Origin: Alphaproteobacteria bacterium
Lineage (GTDB): Bacteria > Pseudomonadota > Alphaproteobacteria > JAPOUT01 > G958296285
Assembly: GCA_965204775.1 (NCBI GenBank)
Contig: CBDBFH010000029.1
Span: 1 to 64,000, forward strand
Direction: 5' to 3'
DNA: 64,000 nucleotides
In this document: piece after piece, positions 42,603 to 53,365 of the stretch
Layout of the letters: each line of letters begins with the position of its first letter
Position numbering within the stretch: position 1 is the first letter of the stretch
Notes under the pieces: model-generated
The model's database searches: none
Seen by the model: only the letters and a program-made list of their open reading frames with translations
What the model was told of the DNA's origin: nothing
Program-made: the position numbers and the translations under genes

Positions 42603-43276
42603 CCGCGCGCATCCCCCTCGCCGCCTTCACCCTGCCCGCCATCGCCGTCCTGATCGCGCTCGGCGTCTGGCAACTGCGCCGCCTCGAACAAAGCCGCGAC
42701 CGCAGCGCCGAACAGGCCGCCGCCGCCGCCGCCCCCGTCCTCACCCTCTCCGCCGCCGACCTCCGCCGCACCCGGCCCGAACTCAAAACGCTCGCCTATC
42801 GCCGCGCCGTCCTCGACGGCCTCGCCCTGCCCGGACAGACCCTCTATCTCTATGCCCCGTCCCCGGCAGGGCCGGTCTGGCACAGCCTCGTGCCGGTCAA
42901 ACTGCCCGGCGGCGAAGCCGTCCTCGTCCTCTCACAAAAGGGCAGGGCGCAAAAACCCCTCGCGCACAACGCCCCGCCCCGCCCCGTCCGCATTGAGGGC
43001 GTCGTGCGGCTGCCGTCCCCGCCCTCAATCTTCGATCCCGACCCCGACCCCGCCGCCAATATCTGGTTCCGGCCCGATCCCTCCGCCATGACCCTCCAGA
43101 TCGCCCCCGCCGCCGGAATCACCCAACTCGCCGAATTCTGGATCGAAACCGGTCCCGCCCCCGCGCCCCCGCGCCGCATCCCCCATCTCCAATACGCCCT
43201 CACCTGGTTCGCCCTCGCGGTTGTCGCAGGCGTCAGCCATATCGCCTTTACAAGAACACGCCCGCAGATAAACTAG
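42599..43276 (+). CDS. SURF1 family cytochrome oxidase biogenesis protein
   Basis: N-terminal TM followed by LGVWQLRRLE; C-terminal TM; located in the cox cluster. Confidence 0.8.
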   Translation: MTARIPLAAFTLPAIAVLIALGVWQLRRLEQSRDRSAEQAAAAAAPVLTLSAADLRRTRPELKTLAYRRAVLDGLALPGQTLYLYAPSPAGPVWHSLVPVKLPGGEAVLVLSQKGRAQKPLAHNAPPRPVRIEGVVRLPSPPSIFDPDPDPAANIWFRPDPSAMTLQIAPAAGITQLAEFWIETGPAPAPPRRIPHLQYALTWFALAVVAGVSHIAFTRTRPQIN

Positions 43277-43283
43277 CGCCGCC

Positions 43284-44669
43284 ATGAACTATCTCAGCAC
43301 CAGAGGCGGAACAAAACCGGCAGGCTTCGAGCATGTCCTCCTCGCCGGACTCGCCGAAGACGGCGGCCTCTATCTCCCCGCCCGCTGGCCCCGGATCTCC
43401 CACGCCGCCCAGGCCCGCTTCGCGCAAAACACATATGAGCAAAACGCCGCCGAAATCATGCGACCCTTCGCCGCCCGCTCGCCGCTCGCCAAAACCCTGC
43501 CCGGACTGACCGCCCGCGCCTTCGCCGCCTTCTCCCATCAACTGCGCGCGCCGCTCGTGCAGACCGGCAGCAATGAATTCATCCTCGAACTCTTCCACGG
43601 CCCAACCCTCGCCTTCAAAGACTTCGCCATGCAACTCCTCGCCCCCATGCTCAATCACGCCCTGCGCCGCAACAAAACCCGCATGATCATCCTCGGCGCA
43701 ACCTCCGGCGACACCGGCGGCGCCGCCATCCATGCCTTCGCCAATGCGCCCCGCGCCAGCCTCTTCATCCTCTATCCCGATAACCGAATCTCCCCCGTCC
43801 AGCGAAGGCAAATGACAACCCCCGCCGCCAAAAACGTCCATGCCCTCGCCGTCGACGGAACCTTCGACGACTGCCAGGCCATCGTCAAACACATCTTCGC
43901 CAACCCGCACACCGCCCCCCGCGCCCGCCTCGGCGCGGTCAACTCCATCAACTGGGCCAGAATCATGGCCCAGATCGTCTATTATTTCACCGCCGCCGCC
44001 GCCCTCGGCGGCGGCCACGGACGGCGCATCCGATTCGTCGTCCCCACCGGAAACTTCGGAAATATCTTCGCCGGATACGCCGCAATGCAGATGGGCGCGC
44101 CCATCGAAAAACTCGTCATCGCCGCCAATGACAACGACGTCCTCGTCCGCACCCTCGAAACCGGCGTCTGCCAACCGCGCAAAACCCGCCAAACCCTCTC
44201 CCCCGCCATGGATATTCAGGCCCCCAGCAATTTCGAGCGCCTCGTCTTCGAAGCCTGCCGCCGCGAACCAAAACATTGCCGCTCCCTCTTCGCCGATTTG
44301 CGCGACCGGGGCCGCTTCACCCTGCCCCCCGCCGCTTTGCGCTTCATCAAGGAGCGCTTCGCCGCCGTCTCGGTCAGCCGGGCGCAGACCAAACGCATCA
44401 TGGCCGAACTCTTCCGCCAGAACGGACGCCTGATCGACCCCCACACCGCCGTCGGGCTGGCCGCCGCAAGGCGGCTCCCTTCTGCCGCGCCGGTGATCGT
44501 TCTGGCTCCGGCCCATCCCGCCAAATTTCCCGAAGCCGTCCGGCAGGCGACCGGCCAAACCCCGCCCCCGCCCCCGGCGCTCGCCGCGCTCGCCCGCGCC
44601 CGCGAAAGACGCCCGCGCGCCGCTCCCACCCCGCAAGCCGTCCTCCGCTTCATCGGGAAAAATCTGTGA
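43284..44669 (+). CDS. thrC: threonine synthase
   Basis: MNYLSTRGG... and HGPTLAFKDFAMQ (PLP Lys) motifs. Confidence 0.9.
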   Translation: MNYLSTRGGTKPAGFEHVLLAGLAEDGGLYLPARWPRISHAAQARFAQNTYEQNAAEIMRPFAARSPLAKTLPGLTARAFAAFSHQLRAPLVQTGSNEFILELFHGPTLAFKDFAMQLLAPMLNHALRRNKTRMIILGATSGDTGGAAIHAFANAPRASLFILYPDNRISPVQRRQMTTPAAKNVHALAVDGTFDDCQAIVKHIFANPHTAPRARLGAVNSINWARIMAQIVYYFTAAAALGGGHGRRIRFVVPTGNFGNIFAGYAAMQMGAPIEKLVIAANDNDVLVRTLETGVCQPRKTRQTLSPAMDIQAPSNFERLVFEACRREPKHCRSLFADLRDRGRFTLPPAALRFIKERFAAVSVSRAQTKRIMAELFRQNGRLIDPHTAVGLAAARRLPSAAPVIVLAPAHPAKFPEAVRQATGQTPPPPPALAALARARERRPRAAPTPQAVLRFIGKNL

Positions 44670-45928
44670 CAGGCCTTCTCACCCACAAACTCGCCAACGG
44701 CCTCACCCTGCTCTGCGCCCCCCGGCCTCATGTCGAGACCTTCGCCGCCGCGCTCTGGGTCCATTCCGGCGCGCGCGGCGAAAACCCCGCCGAACACGGC
44801 GTCTCCCATCTCCTCGAACATATGGCCTTCAAGGGAACCGAAACACGCTCCCCGCGCGACATCGCCGAACAGATCGAAAACGCCGGCGGATACATCAATG
44901 CCGCAACCGGGCACGAAACCACCTCCTATGCCGTCCGCCTCCTCGCCGAAGACCTGCCGCTCGGCGTCGAACTGCTCGCCGACATCCTCCAGAAACCCGC
45001 CTTCGACGGGGGGGAACTCGAAAAAGAGCGCCGCGTCATCCAGCAGGAAATCGCCCAGAGCGAAGACACCCCCGACGACCACATCTTCGACCTCCTGATG
45101 GAAGCCGCCTATCCCGGGCAGGCGCTGGGCCGCCCTATCCTTGGAACCCGCAAGAGCGTCGCCGGATTCACCCCCGCCGATCTGCGCCGCCATATCGCCG
45201 GTCATTACCGCGCCGGGGGAATGGTCTTCGCAGCGGCGGGAAAACTCGACCCCGACCGCATGGCGCAACTGGCCGAAAGCCATTTCGCCCACTTCCCGGC
45301 AGGCCGCCCGCCCGGCTTCCCCCCCGCGCAATTCCGCAGCGGCGAACTGCGCCGCCCCAAAAAAATCGAACAAACCCACATCGCCCTCGCCTTCGAGGGC
45401 GCGCCCGCCGCCCATCCCGATTTCTTCACCGCGCAAATCTTCTCCTTCATTCTCGGCGGCGGCATGTCTTCGCGCCTCTTTCAGGAAATCCGCGAAAAGC
45501 GCGGGCTGTGCTACGCCGTCTCCTCCTTCTGCTGGTCCTTCGCCGATACCGGCCTCGCCGGATTCTACGCCGCCTGCGCTCCGGACAGCCTGCCGGAACT
45601 CCTGCCCGCCGCCGCCGAAATCCTCGCCGATATGACCCGCAGCATCACCAAAGAGGAAATCGCCCGCGCCCGCGCCCAGGCCAAGACCGGACTGCTGATG
45701 AGCCTCGAATCCTCCTCGGCGCGCAGCGACCAGATCGCCCAGCACTATCTGACCTATGGCGAGGTCCCCGATATCAGAAGCCTCATCGCCAAAATCGAGG
45801 CGGTGGACGCCGACGCCTTGCACAACTTCGCCCGGAAACTCCTCGCCCGACAGCGCCCGGCGCTTGCCGCCGTCGGCCCGCTGGGTAAACTCGAAAACTA
45901 TGACTCTCTCGCCGCCCGCTTCCGCTGA
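44666..45928 (+). CDS. M16 family zinc peptidase (pitrilysin-like)
   Basis: GTGA overlap with the thrC stop; HLLEHMAFKGT inverted zinc motif. Confidence 0.85.
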   Translation: MTGLLTHKLANGLTLLCAPRPHVETFAAALWVHSGARGENPAEHGVSHLLEHMAFKGTETRSPRDIAEQIENAGGYINAATGHETTSYAVRLLAEDLPLGVELLADILQKPAFDGGELEKERRVIQQEIAQSEDTPDDHIFDLLMEAAYPGQALGRPILGTRKSVAGFTPADLRRHIAGHYRAGGMVFAAAGKLDPDRMAQLAESHFAHFPAGRPPGFPPAQFRSGELRRPKKIEQTHIALAFEGAPAAHPDFFTAQIFSFILGGGMSSRLFQEIREKRGLCYAVSSFCWSFADTGLAGFYAACAPDSLPELLPAAAEILADMTRSITKEEIARARAQAKTGLLMSLESSSARSDQIAQHYLTYGEVPDIRSLIAKIEAVDADALHNFARKLLARQRPALAAVGPLGKLENYDSLAARFR

Positions 45929-45944
45929 TAAAGCCGCAATCCCC

Positions 45945-46565
45945 ATGCGGCCCGCCCGCCGGTGGCAATGGCTGACGCGCATCGGCGATTTTCCTTTCTC
46001 ATCGCCGGTCCCGCGCCTGACCGGGCGGCGCGTCATCCTGCGGGGCGCGCGCCGCTCCGATTGCCGCGCGTGGATCCGGCTCCGCGCCGAAAGCCGAAAA
46101 CAACTCGAACACTGGGAGCCGAAATGGCCCAAAAACGACCTCACCCCCGCCGGATTCCACGCCAGACGCCGCTCCGCCATCGAGGCCGCCCGCGCCGGAC
46201 GCGCCTATCACTTCCTCATCTTCGAGGCCGAACACAACCGGCTCACCGGCGGCTTCAGCATCTATGACATCCAGACCGGGGCAAGCCGAAACTGCATGAT
46301 CGGATATTGGGCGGGCCTCGCCTTCCGCCGCCAGGGCTATGTCGGCGCCGCGCTGGCCGCCGCCGCCCCCTTCATCTTCGGCACCCTCGGCCTCCAGCGA
46401 ATCACCGCCGCCTGCCTCACCGAAAATATCCCCTCCCAAAAACTCCTCCTCAAGGCAGGCTTCTCACCCGAAGGCCGCGCCCGCGCCTATATGCAAATCG
46501 CCGGAATCCGCCGCGACCACCTCATCTTCTCCCTCCTCCACGACGACCCCAGACCCCAAGAATGA
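45945..46565 (+). CDS. GNAT family N-acetyltransferase
   Basis: RimJ/RimL-like core (IGYWAGLAFRRQGYVGAAL). Confidence 0.7.
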   Translation: MRPARRWQWLTRIGDFPFSSPVPRLTGRRVILRGARRSDCRAWIRLRAESRKQLEHWEPKWPKNDLTPAGFHARRRSAIEAARAGRAYHFLIFEAEHNRLTGGFSIYDIQTGASRNCMIGYWAGLAFRRQGYVGAALAAAAPFIFGTLGLQRITAACLTENIPSQKLLLKAGFSPEGRARAYMQIAGIRRDHLIFSLLHDDPRPQE

Positions 46566-48919
46566 CGGGAGAACTCAACCCCGAAACCCTCGCCTCCGGA
46601 CAGCTCGCCCTTCATGGCGGACTCCTCGCCGCCGCCGCCCTCGCCGCTCTGATCGCCATGCTCCGCGCGCAGGCAGGCCCGCAACGCACCCTCGCGCTGG
46701 CCGCCGCCGCCTTCGCCGCCGCCGCCGCCTTCGCCGTCCCCGCCTATAGCGGCCTCAATCTCCTCATCGCCCCCGCGCTGCCTCCCATCCTCTTCCAGGC
46801 CCTCCCCGATTTCGCCCTCCTCCTTGGCGGCATCTTCTTCTTCCGCCTTCTCCTCCTCGAAGAGGGCGAGATGCCCGGCCTCCTTACCCCCCTCTCAATC
46901 GCCGCCTTTTCAACCCTCGCCGCCGTCTCGCTCCTCCTGCCCGAATTCGCCCAGGTCGTCCTCCGCATCTGCTGGGCCTTTGCCTTCATCGCCATCCTCT
47001 TCCTCCTCCAGCGCCAACTGCGCCGCCGCGCCGCCGCCGCCCTGCTCGCCGCCCCCGTATTCTTCCCGCTCGCCCTCGCCCTCGCCTTCGCCGCCGCAAA
47101 TCTCTATGCCCCCGCCCCGGTCCTGACCGATGCTGCGCTCGCCTGTCTCGTCCTCGCCGCCCTCGCCGCCGCCCTCTCCCTGCTCCACGGCCCCGGCGCG
47201 CCAATCGCGGCAGGCCCCGCCGCCCTCGCCATTCGCGCCGCTCATCAGGGAATCTGGCAGTGGTCCGCCGCCGGGCATATCAGGCTCTCCGGCGAAATCG
47301 AGAATATGCTGGGCCTCGCACCCGGCGAACTCAACGGCAGCGAAAAACTCTGGCGCGCCCGACTCCATCCCGGCGACCGCGCGCTTTATGCCAGCGTCCT
47401 CGAAACCTATGCCGCCCGCGCGCGCAACGCCGGCGGGCGCGCCGACTTCCGCCTCGAACTCCGCCTGCTCCACAGCGACGGGCATCATCGCTGGTTCGAG
47501 TTGCAGGCTGCCATCTTCGCCCCCGGCCACGGACCGGCCCATGCCATCGGCCTCGCCGGAGACATCACCCGGCGCAAACAGGCCGAAGAAGAAATGGCCC
47601 GCGACGCCATCCATGACCGGTTGACCGGGTTGCCGACCCGCTCGCTGCTCCTCGACCAGCTCGAACGCCTCCTCGCCCGCCCCCGCCTTCGCGGCCAGCG
47701 CCGCGCCGGAGTGCTGATCGTCGACCTCGCCCGCTTCAAGACCATCAACGAAACGCTGGGCCACGCCGCCGCCGATCATCTCCTCGCCGAAACCGCCCGC
47801 CGCCTCAAGGCGCTGGCCGACCCCCGCGACCGCGCCGCCCCCTCCGCCGCCGCAAGAATCGGCGCTGATGAATTCGCCCTCCTCATTGAGCCGAATTGCG
47901 AAAAAACCCCGGCGCAAATCGCCAAAGACGCTCTCGCCGCCCTCGCCAGACCCCTGACCATGCCGGGCGGACAGGAAATCTTCCCCGCCGCCGTCATCGG
48001 CGCAGCCGGCGCGACAGAAAAAACCCGAAGCGCCGCCGCCCTCCTCGAACAGGCCGCGCTGGCTTTGCATCACGCCAAACAATCACAAACCCTGAACTTC
48101 GCCCTCTTCACCCCCGTCATGCGCCGCCACGATTCGCGCCACCTCGCCCTCGAAAGCGGCCTGCGCCACGCCCTCCAGCGCGGGCAGATCGAACTCTTCT
48201 ATCAGCCCATCCTCAACCTCGCCGACGCCAAAACCGCAGGATTCGAAGCCCTCCTGCGCTGGCGGCATCCCGAATACGGCCTCATCCCGCCAGGCGAATT
48301 CATCCCGCTCGCCGAGCAAACCGGACAAATCGCCGAACTGGGCCGCTTCGTCCTCCAGACCGCCAGCCGCGAACTCAGCCGCTGGCACCTCGTCTACCGC
48401 TACGACCCCCCGCTCTTCGTCAGCGTCAACGTCTCGCGCCGCGAACTCTTCAGCGACGAAATCGTCGGCGAAGTCGAGCGCGCCTGCCGCTCCGCCTTCC
48501 TGCCCCCCGGAACCCTCAAACTCGAAATCACCGAAAGCCTCGTCATGCGAAACCCCGAACAGACCGCACAAATCCTCGAAAAAATTCGCGCCGCCGGCGC
48601 CGGCCTCGCCATCGACGACTTCGGCTCCGGCTATTCCAGCTTCGGATACCTCAAGGAACTCCCCTTCGACACCATCAAAATCGACCGAACCCTGATCGGA
48701 AGCCTCACCGAAGACTCCCAGACCGAAGCCATCGTCCGCGCCATCGTCCGCATGGCCCATGCCCTCTCCATGGACGCCGTCGCCGAGGGCGTCGACGACT
48801 CGCGCAAAACCGCCGCTCTGCGCAACGCCAAATGCGACTTCGCACAAGGCTTCTATTTCGCCAAACCCATGACCGCAGAAGACGTCCGCGCCTTCCTGCC
48901 CCGAAACCGGCCCCGCTAG
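46562..48919 (+). CDS. membrane sensor with PAS, degenerate GGDEF (GADEF) and EAL domains
   Basis: N-terminal polytopic membrane region; PAS domain; RIGADEFALL; EAL motifs ELFYQPI and DDFGSGYSS. Confidence 0.8.
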   Translation: MTGELNPETLASGQLALHGGLLAAAALAALIAMLRAQAGPQRTLALAAAAFAAAAAFAVPAYSGLNLLIAPALPPILFQALPDFALLLGGIFFFRLLLLEEGEMPGLLTPLSIAAFSTLAAVSLLLPEFAQVVLRICWAFAFIAILFLLQRQLRRRAAAALLAAPVFFPLALALAFAAANLYAPAPVLTDAALACLVLAALAAALSLLHGPGAPIAAGPAALAIRAAHQGIWQWSAAGHIRLSGEIENMLGLAPGELNGSEKLWRARLHPGDRALYASVLETYAARARNAGGRADFRLELRLLHSDGHHRWFELQAAIFAPGHGPAHAIGLAGDITRRKQAEEEMARDAIHDRLTGLPTRSLLLDQLERLLARPRLRGQRRAGVLIVDLARFKTINETLGHAAADHLLAETARRLKALADPRDRAAPSAAARIGADEFALLIEPNCEKTPAQIAKDALAALARPLTMPGGQEIFPAAVIGAAGATEKTRSAAALLEQAALALHHAKQSQTLNFALFTPVMRRHDSRHLALESGLRHALQRGQIELFYQPILNLADAKTAGFEALLRWRHPEYGLIPPGEFIPLAEQTGQIAELGRFVLQTASRELSRWHLVYRYDPPLFVSVNVSRRELFSDEIVGEVERACRSAFLPPGTLKLEITESLVMRNPEQTAQILEKIRAAGAGLAIDDFGSGYSSFGYLKELPFDTIKIDRTLIGSLTEDSQTEAIVRAIVRMAHALSMDAVAEGVDDSRKTAALRNAKCDFAQGFYFAKPMTAEDVRAFLPRNRPR

Positions 48920-49491
48920 GCCGTCCCGGAACCCTGCGACAGCAAACCCGCATCAACCCCGATCTTCGCCAGCGCGCTCCGGTACTTCTCCCCCGGATCC
49001 GCCGAACCCGAAAAAATCAGCGAACGATCCGCCGCACAATGCAGCCAGCCATTGTCCCGAATCTCCCGCTCCAGCTGCCCCGGACCCCAGCCCGCATAGC
49101 CCAGCGCAACCAGAATGTCCGACGGACCCTCACCGCCCGCAATCGCCTGCAAAATGTCCAGCGTCGCCGTCAGGCCGATCCCGTCCGCAACCTGCAACGT
49201 CGCCTCGCCGCCGCCCTCGCCGTCAAGACTGTGCAGAACAAAGCCGCGCCCCGTCTCCACCGGACCGCCCAGATAAACCGGCAGACCGCCATGCTCCCGG
49301 CCCCGAATCCGGAACCGGTCCAAAAGCGCAGAAAGGCGAAGATCAGGAACCGGACGATTGACCACCAGACCCAGCGCCCCTTCCGCGTTATGCGCGCAAA
49401 CATAAACCAGGGTGCGCGCAAAATTGGGATCGCCCATCTCCGGCATGGCGATCAGCATCTGCCCGTGAAGCGTGAAGCCCGCCTCCTTCGC
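48916..49491 (-). CDS. YqgE/AlgH family protein (UPF0301)
   Basis: GQMLIAMPEMGDPNFARTLVYVCAHNAEGALGLVVNRP; start uncertain (49491 or 49542). Confidence 0.75.
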   Translation of the reverse strand, partial: AKEAGFTLHGQMLIAMPEMGDPNFARTLVYVCAHNAEGALGLVVNRPVPDLRLSALLDRFRIRGREHGGLPVYLGGPVETGRGFVLHSLDGEGGGEATLQVADGIGLTATLDILQAIAGGEGPSDILVALGYAGWGPGQLEREIRDNGWLHCAADRSLIFSGSADPGEKYRSALAKIGVDAGLLSQGSGTA

Positions 49492-49654
49492 CATCGAAAA
49501 ATCCGCCAGACCAAAAAACGAAACAGAATGTAACAGCTTCATTAAACAGCTTCGCCGCCGCCGTGTCCCGAAAAACCTCGCCCCGGACTCCTCACCGCCT
49601 CGTGAAGACACCCTTGCCTCGCCCCGCTTTTGCCTCCATCATAAAACGCCTCCC

Positions 49655-50536
49655 ATGCCAAACCGCCTGACCTTTCCCGCCCTCCTCGCCCTCGCTCTCG
49701 CCCTGCCCGCGCAGGCCGCGCTGGCCGCTTCAAACTGGCCGCCCGATCTGCCCCCACGGCCAAAGGCCAGCCTCATCGCCGAATATTCTGCGCTCGGCGG
49801 AAAAAACCAAATCATCGCCGGAATCCGCCTCCAACTCGGCCCGCGCTGGAAAACCTATTGGCGCAATCCGGGCGCGGGCGGACTCCCGCCCCGCTTCGAC
49901 TGGACCGGATCAAAAAATCTCAAACACGCCCAAATCCTCTATCCCGCCCCCGCCCGCTTCGCTCTGCCGGGAGGAGACCTCTACGGCTATGGCCGCGAAG
50001 TCGTCTTCCCCGTGCAGGTCAAATTGCGCAACCCCGCCGCCGCCCTCGCTTTGCGCCTCAAACTGGACTATGCCGTCTGCGATCAGGTCTGTGTGCCGCT
50101 CGAAGAGACCCTCGCCCTCGACCTGCCCGCCGCCGGAGACGCGCGAACAACGCCCCAGGCCGCTCTCCTCCAAACCTATGCCCGCCAGGTCCCCCAGGGC
50201 GACCGCCGCGCCGGGGGCATCCGCCTTGCCCGGCTCAGTTTCCGCCAAATCAGCCCCCGAACCGGCGAAATCCTCCTCACCTTCGCCGCCCCCGCCCCCT
50301 TCACAAAACCCCTCCTGATCGCCGAGGCCCCGGACGGCCACGTCTTCGGCCCCCCCGTCCGCCACAAAACCGAAAAACGCAAAAACGCCTTCCAAACCCG
50401 CTTCCAATTCCCGGTCGAGGCCGAAAACCCCCTCAACCTCGCCGGACGCAGCTTCGGAATCCTCCTGCGCGACGGCGGCAGACTCCTCGAAATGCGCCCC
50501 CGCATCCCCCAAAACCCTGCAAAACCCAAAAACTGA
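49655..50536 (+). CDS. DsbD/ScsB N-terminal-domain-like periplasmic thiol-disulfide protein
   Basis: Signal peptide; RLQLGPRWKTYWRNPG and CDQVC motifs. Confidence 0.6.
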   Translation: MPNRLTFPALLALALALPAQAALAASNWPPDLPPRPKASLIAEYSALGGKNQIIAGIRLQLGPRWKTYWRNPGAGGLPPRFDWTGSKNLKHAQILYPAPARFALPGGDLYGYGREVVFPVQVKLRNPAAALALRLKLDYAVCDQVCVPLEETLALDLPAAGDARTTPQAALLQTYARQVPQGDRRAGGIRLARLSFRQISPRTGEILLTFAAPAPFTKPLLIAEAPDGHVFGPPVRHKTEKRKNAFQTRFQFPVEAENPLNLAGRSFGILLRDGGRLLEMRPRIPQNPAKPKN

Positions 50537-50606
50537 ATGCCAAACCCGCCCGCCCTGTGATAGACCTCTGCCAGCCGACCAGCCAAGTGAGAAAAGGGAG
50601 AAAACA

Positions 50607-51092
50607 ATGCCCATCCAACCCGGACAGAAAATCCCCGCCGCAACCCTCAGCCAAATGACCGAAAAAGGCCCCCGCCCGGTCAAAAGCGAAGAATTCTTCG
50701 CCGGGAAAAAAATCGTCCTCTTCGCCGTCCCCGGCGCGTTCACCCCGACCTGCTCCAATCAGCACCTGCCCGGCTTCATCCGCTACGCCCCGCAATTGCG
50801 CGAAAAGGGCGTTGACGCCGTCGTCTGCCTTTCGGTCAACGACGCCTTCGTCATGGACGCCTGGGGCCGACAGAAAAATGTCGGAGACAAAGTCCTCATG
50901 CTCGCCGACGGCAACGGCGAATTCACCCGCGCGCTGGGCGTGGACTTCGACGGCTCCTCCTTCGGAATGGGACAGCGCTCCCTGCGCTACTCCATGCTGG
51001 TCGAAAACGGCGTCGTCAAAATCTTCAATCAGGAGCCAAATCCCGCCGAAGCCCGAATCAGCGGTGCAGAACACCTGATCAGCCAACTTTGA
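50607..51092 (+). CDS. peroxiredoxin (Prx5-like)
   Basis: PGAFTPTCS peroxidatic Cys motif. Confidence 0.85.
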   Translation: MPIQPGQKIPAATLSQMTEKGPRPVKSEEFFAGKKIVLFAVPGAFTPTCSNQHLPGFIRYAPQLREKGVDAVVCLSVNDAFVMDAWGRQKNVGDKVLMLADGNGEFTRALGVDFDGSSFGMGQRSLRYSMLVENGVVKIFNQEPNPAEARISGAEHLISQL

Positions 51093-51110
51093 CGCCCCTT
51101 CCTGTCTTTC

Positions 51111-51959
51111 ATGAAAGCCGCCGCCGCCGCAATCCTCGCCCTCTCGCTGGGCCTCCTCCTCTTCGCGCGTGGCGCGGCGGCGCAAAACCCCTTCTCCGAT
51201 TACGAACTCTCCGTCCGCCTCGGACCCGCCTTCCTGCCCTCCGATCTCGAATTCGACTCCGCCCTCTATCCCCGCCCCGTCCGCCTCTCGCTGGGAACCC
51301 CGCGCTACTTCGAATTCGCCGGCGCGATCAAACCCTGGCGCAGACTGCGCCTCGAATTCGCCGCAAGCCTCACCGCCGCCGACGTCCAACGCGCCTCCGC
51401 CCGCAGCCGCCAGGAACTCCAGGACGCCTATCACGCCGCCGTCTTCGAGGCGGCCCGCAGCGCAATCTTCCGCACCCTCTCTGAAAACAGCGACGAAAAC
51501 GACGCCCCGCGTCAAACCGCCGATAATGCGCAACTCGAAATCGACGCCGAAGTCTTCTCCGCCCAGGGAAACTATTTCTCCCTCGCCGGGCAGCTGGCCG
51601 TCTATTACGACTTCTTCCCCGACAGCTCCCTCTTCTTTGCCCCTTATGCCGGCGCCGGAATCGGAATGGCGTGGAACAACCTCGACGACGGCGCCGCCGC
51701 CTATGCCGCCCGCGCCCGGCTCACCGCTCCCCTCCCCGGCGTCGAGGCCGTCAGCTACACGGTCCCGATCCAAATCCCAATCCACGACGCCGAAGTCATC
51801 AGCCTCGTCATCAGCGCGCAACTGGGCGCAAGAATCAACGTCTCCGAAGGCGTCGATCTCGACATCGGCTATGAATACAGATGGCTGAATGAGCCGCTCG
51901 ACGACCTCTCAAGCAGCGGACTCCATCACCTGCGCCTCGGCTTCACCTTCAGCTTCTGA
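51111..51959 (+). CDS. outer-membrane beta-barrel protein
   Basis: Signal peptide; alternating amphipathic strands; C-terminal ...LGFTFSF. Confidence 0.55.
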   Translation: MKAAAAAILALSLGLLLFARGAAAQNPFSDYELSVRLGPAFLPSDLEFDSALYPRPVRLSLGTPRYFEFAGAIKPWRRLRLEFAASLTAADVQRASARSRQELQDAYHAAVFEAARSAIFRTLSENSDENDAPRQTADNAQLEIDAEVFSAQGNYFSLAGQLAVYYDFFPDSSLFFAPYAGAGIGMAWNNLDDGAAAYAARARLTAPLPGVEAVSYTVPIQIPIHDAEVISLVISAQLGARINVSEGVDLDIGYEYRWLNEPLDDLSSSGLHHLRLGFTFSF

Positions 51960-52398
51960 ACCGCTCCAGCGCCCGGCGCGCAAGAGCGTCGGCGCGCTCG
52001 TTGCCCGCATCGCCCGAATGGCCCCTCACCCAGCGCCACGTCAGATCATGACGCCGCGACGCCTCCACCAGACGCCGCCATAAATCCGCATTCTTCACCG
52101 GCTTGCGCTTCGATGTCCGCCAGCCGTTGCGCTCCCAGACCGGCAGCCAGCGCGTGATCCCATCCTTCAGATAGGTCGAGTCGGTGTAAAGCTCCACCCG
52201 GTTCGCCCCCCGCAAAACCAGCAGCGCCTCAATCGCCGCCGTCAGCTCCATCCGGTTGTTGGTCGTCAAACCCTCCCCGCCCGAAATCTCCCGAACCCGG
52301 TCCCCCAAACGCAAAACCGCCCCCCAGCCTCCAGGACCCGGATTGCCCGAACACGCCCCGTCCGTGTAAATCTCAATCGCCCTGCGCTCCGCTCCCAT
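51949..52398 (-). CDS. rnhA: ribonuclease HI
   Basis: [17 protein letters not shown] and TNNRMEL motifs. Confidence 0.9.
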   Translation of the reverse strand: MGAERRAIEIYTDGACSGNPGPGGWGAVLRLGDRVREISGGEGLTTNNRMELTAAIEALLVLRGANRVELYTDSTYLKDGITRWLPVWERNGWRTSKRKPVKNADLWRRLVEASRRHDLTWRWVRGHSGDAGNERADALARRALERFRS

Positions 52399-52399
52399 C

Positions 52400-53353
52400 C
52401 TAAAGGCCGTATTCGCAAAGCCGCCGCTCCCCGGCGTGAAAACGAAGCCGGGTCAGATATTCATGCGGGTCCTTGCAGCGCGCCAAACCCTCCCCCGCCT
52501 CCCGCCAGTCCAGCAGGCGGGTCAGCAAAAAGCGCAGCGCCGCGCCCCGGCACAAAACCGGCAGCGCCGCCCGCTCGGCTTCCGTCAGCGCCCGCCCCGC
52601 AACATAGCCCCCAAGCAGCGAACCCGCCCGCGCGGCATCCAGAACCCCCGCCGCGTCAAAGCACCACGCATTCAGGCAAATCGCCAGATCATAGGCCAGA
52701 AAATCATTGCAGGCGAAAGTGAAGTCAATAAACCCGGGCGCACCCGCATCAAACAGAACATTGTCCGGAAAAAGATCGGCATGAATAACCCCCGCCGCCA
52801 GATCCTCCGGCCAGCGCGAGGCGATGATCTTCAGCTCCCCGCGCAACTCCGCCGCCAGACCCGGCGCAAATTTCTCCGCCTTGTCCGCGCAGGCCGCCAG
52901 CAGGCCCGGCCAATGCGCCGGACCCATCCGGTTCGGGCGCGAGCGGCCAAACAAAGCCCCCAGCTCATGCATCTGCGCCAGCATCGCCCCGACCGCCCGG
53001 CAGTCCCCGGCCTCCGGCGCATGAAGGCAGACTCCCTCCAGAAAACCAAACAGCGCCGCCGGACGCCCCGCCAACTCCCCGAACAAACCCCCGCCGCTTT
53101 GCGCCAGAACGCGCGGAACCCTCAGGCCCCGCTCCGCAAAATAATTCATCAACTCCAGAAAAAACGGAACATCCGCCGCCTCAACCCGGCGCTCATAAAG
53201 AGTCAAAATCGCCGGGCCGCCCTCCAGATGAACCAGATAATTCGAATTCTCTATCCCTTCCGCAATCCCCTTGAAAGACAAAACCCGGCCCTGATCATAG
53301 CGCGCCGCAAACTCCGCAATCTGGACCTCGTTGATTTCGGTGTAGACCGCCAT
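52400..53353 (-). CDS. thrB: homoserine kinase (APH-type ThrB)
   Basis: [12 protein letters not shown] and [13 protein letters not shown] motifs. Confidence 0.85.
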   Translation of the reverse strand: MAVYTEINEVQIAEFAARYDQGRVLSFKGIAEGIENSNYLVHLEGGPAILTLYERRVEAADVPFFLELMNYFAERGLRVPRVLAQSGGGLFGELAGRPAALFGFLEGVCLHAPEAGDCRAVGAMLAQMHELGALFGRSRPNRMGPAHWPGLLAACADKAEKFAPGLAAELRGELKIIASRWPEDLAAGVIHADLFPDNVLFDAGAPGFIDFTFACNDFLAYDLAICLNAWCFDAAGVLDAARAGSLLGGYVAGRALTEAERAALPVLCRGAALRFLLTRLLDWREAGEGLARCKDPHEYLTRLRFHAGERRLCEYGL

Positions 53354-53365
53354 CGCCGCAGAACG

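Noticed and set aside
46910-48082. 390-aa minus-strand ORF antisense to the PAS-GGDEF-EAL gene
   Set aside because: Gly/Glu/Ala low-complexity antisense artefact.
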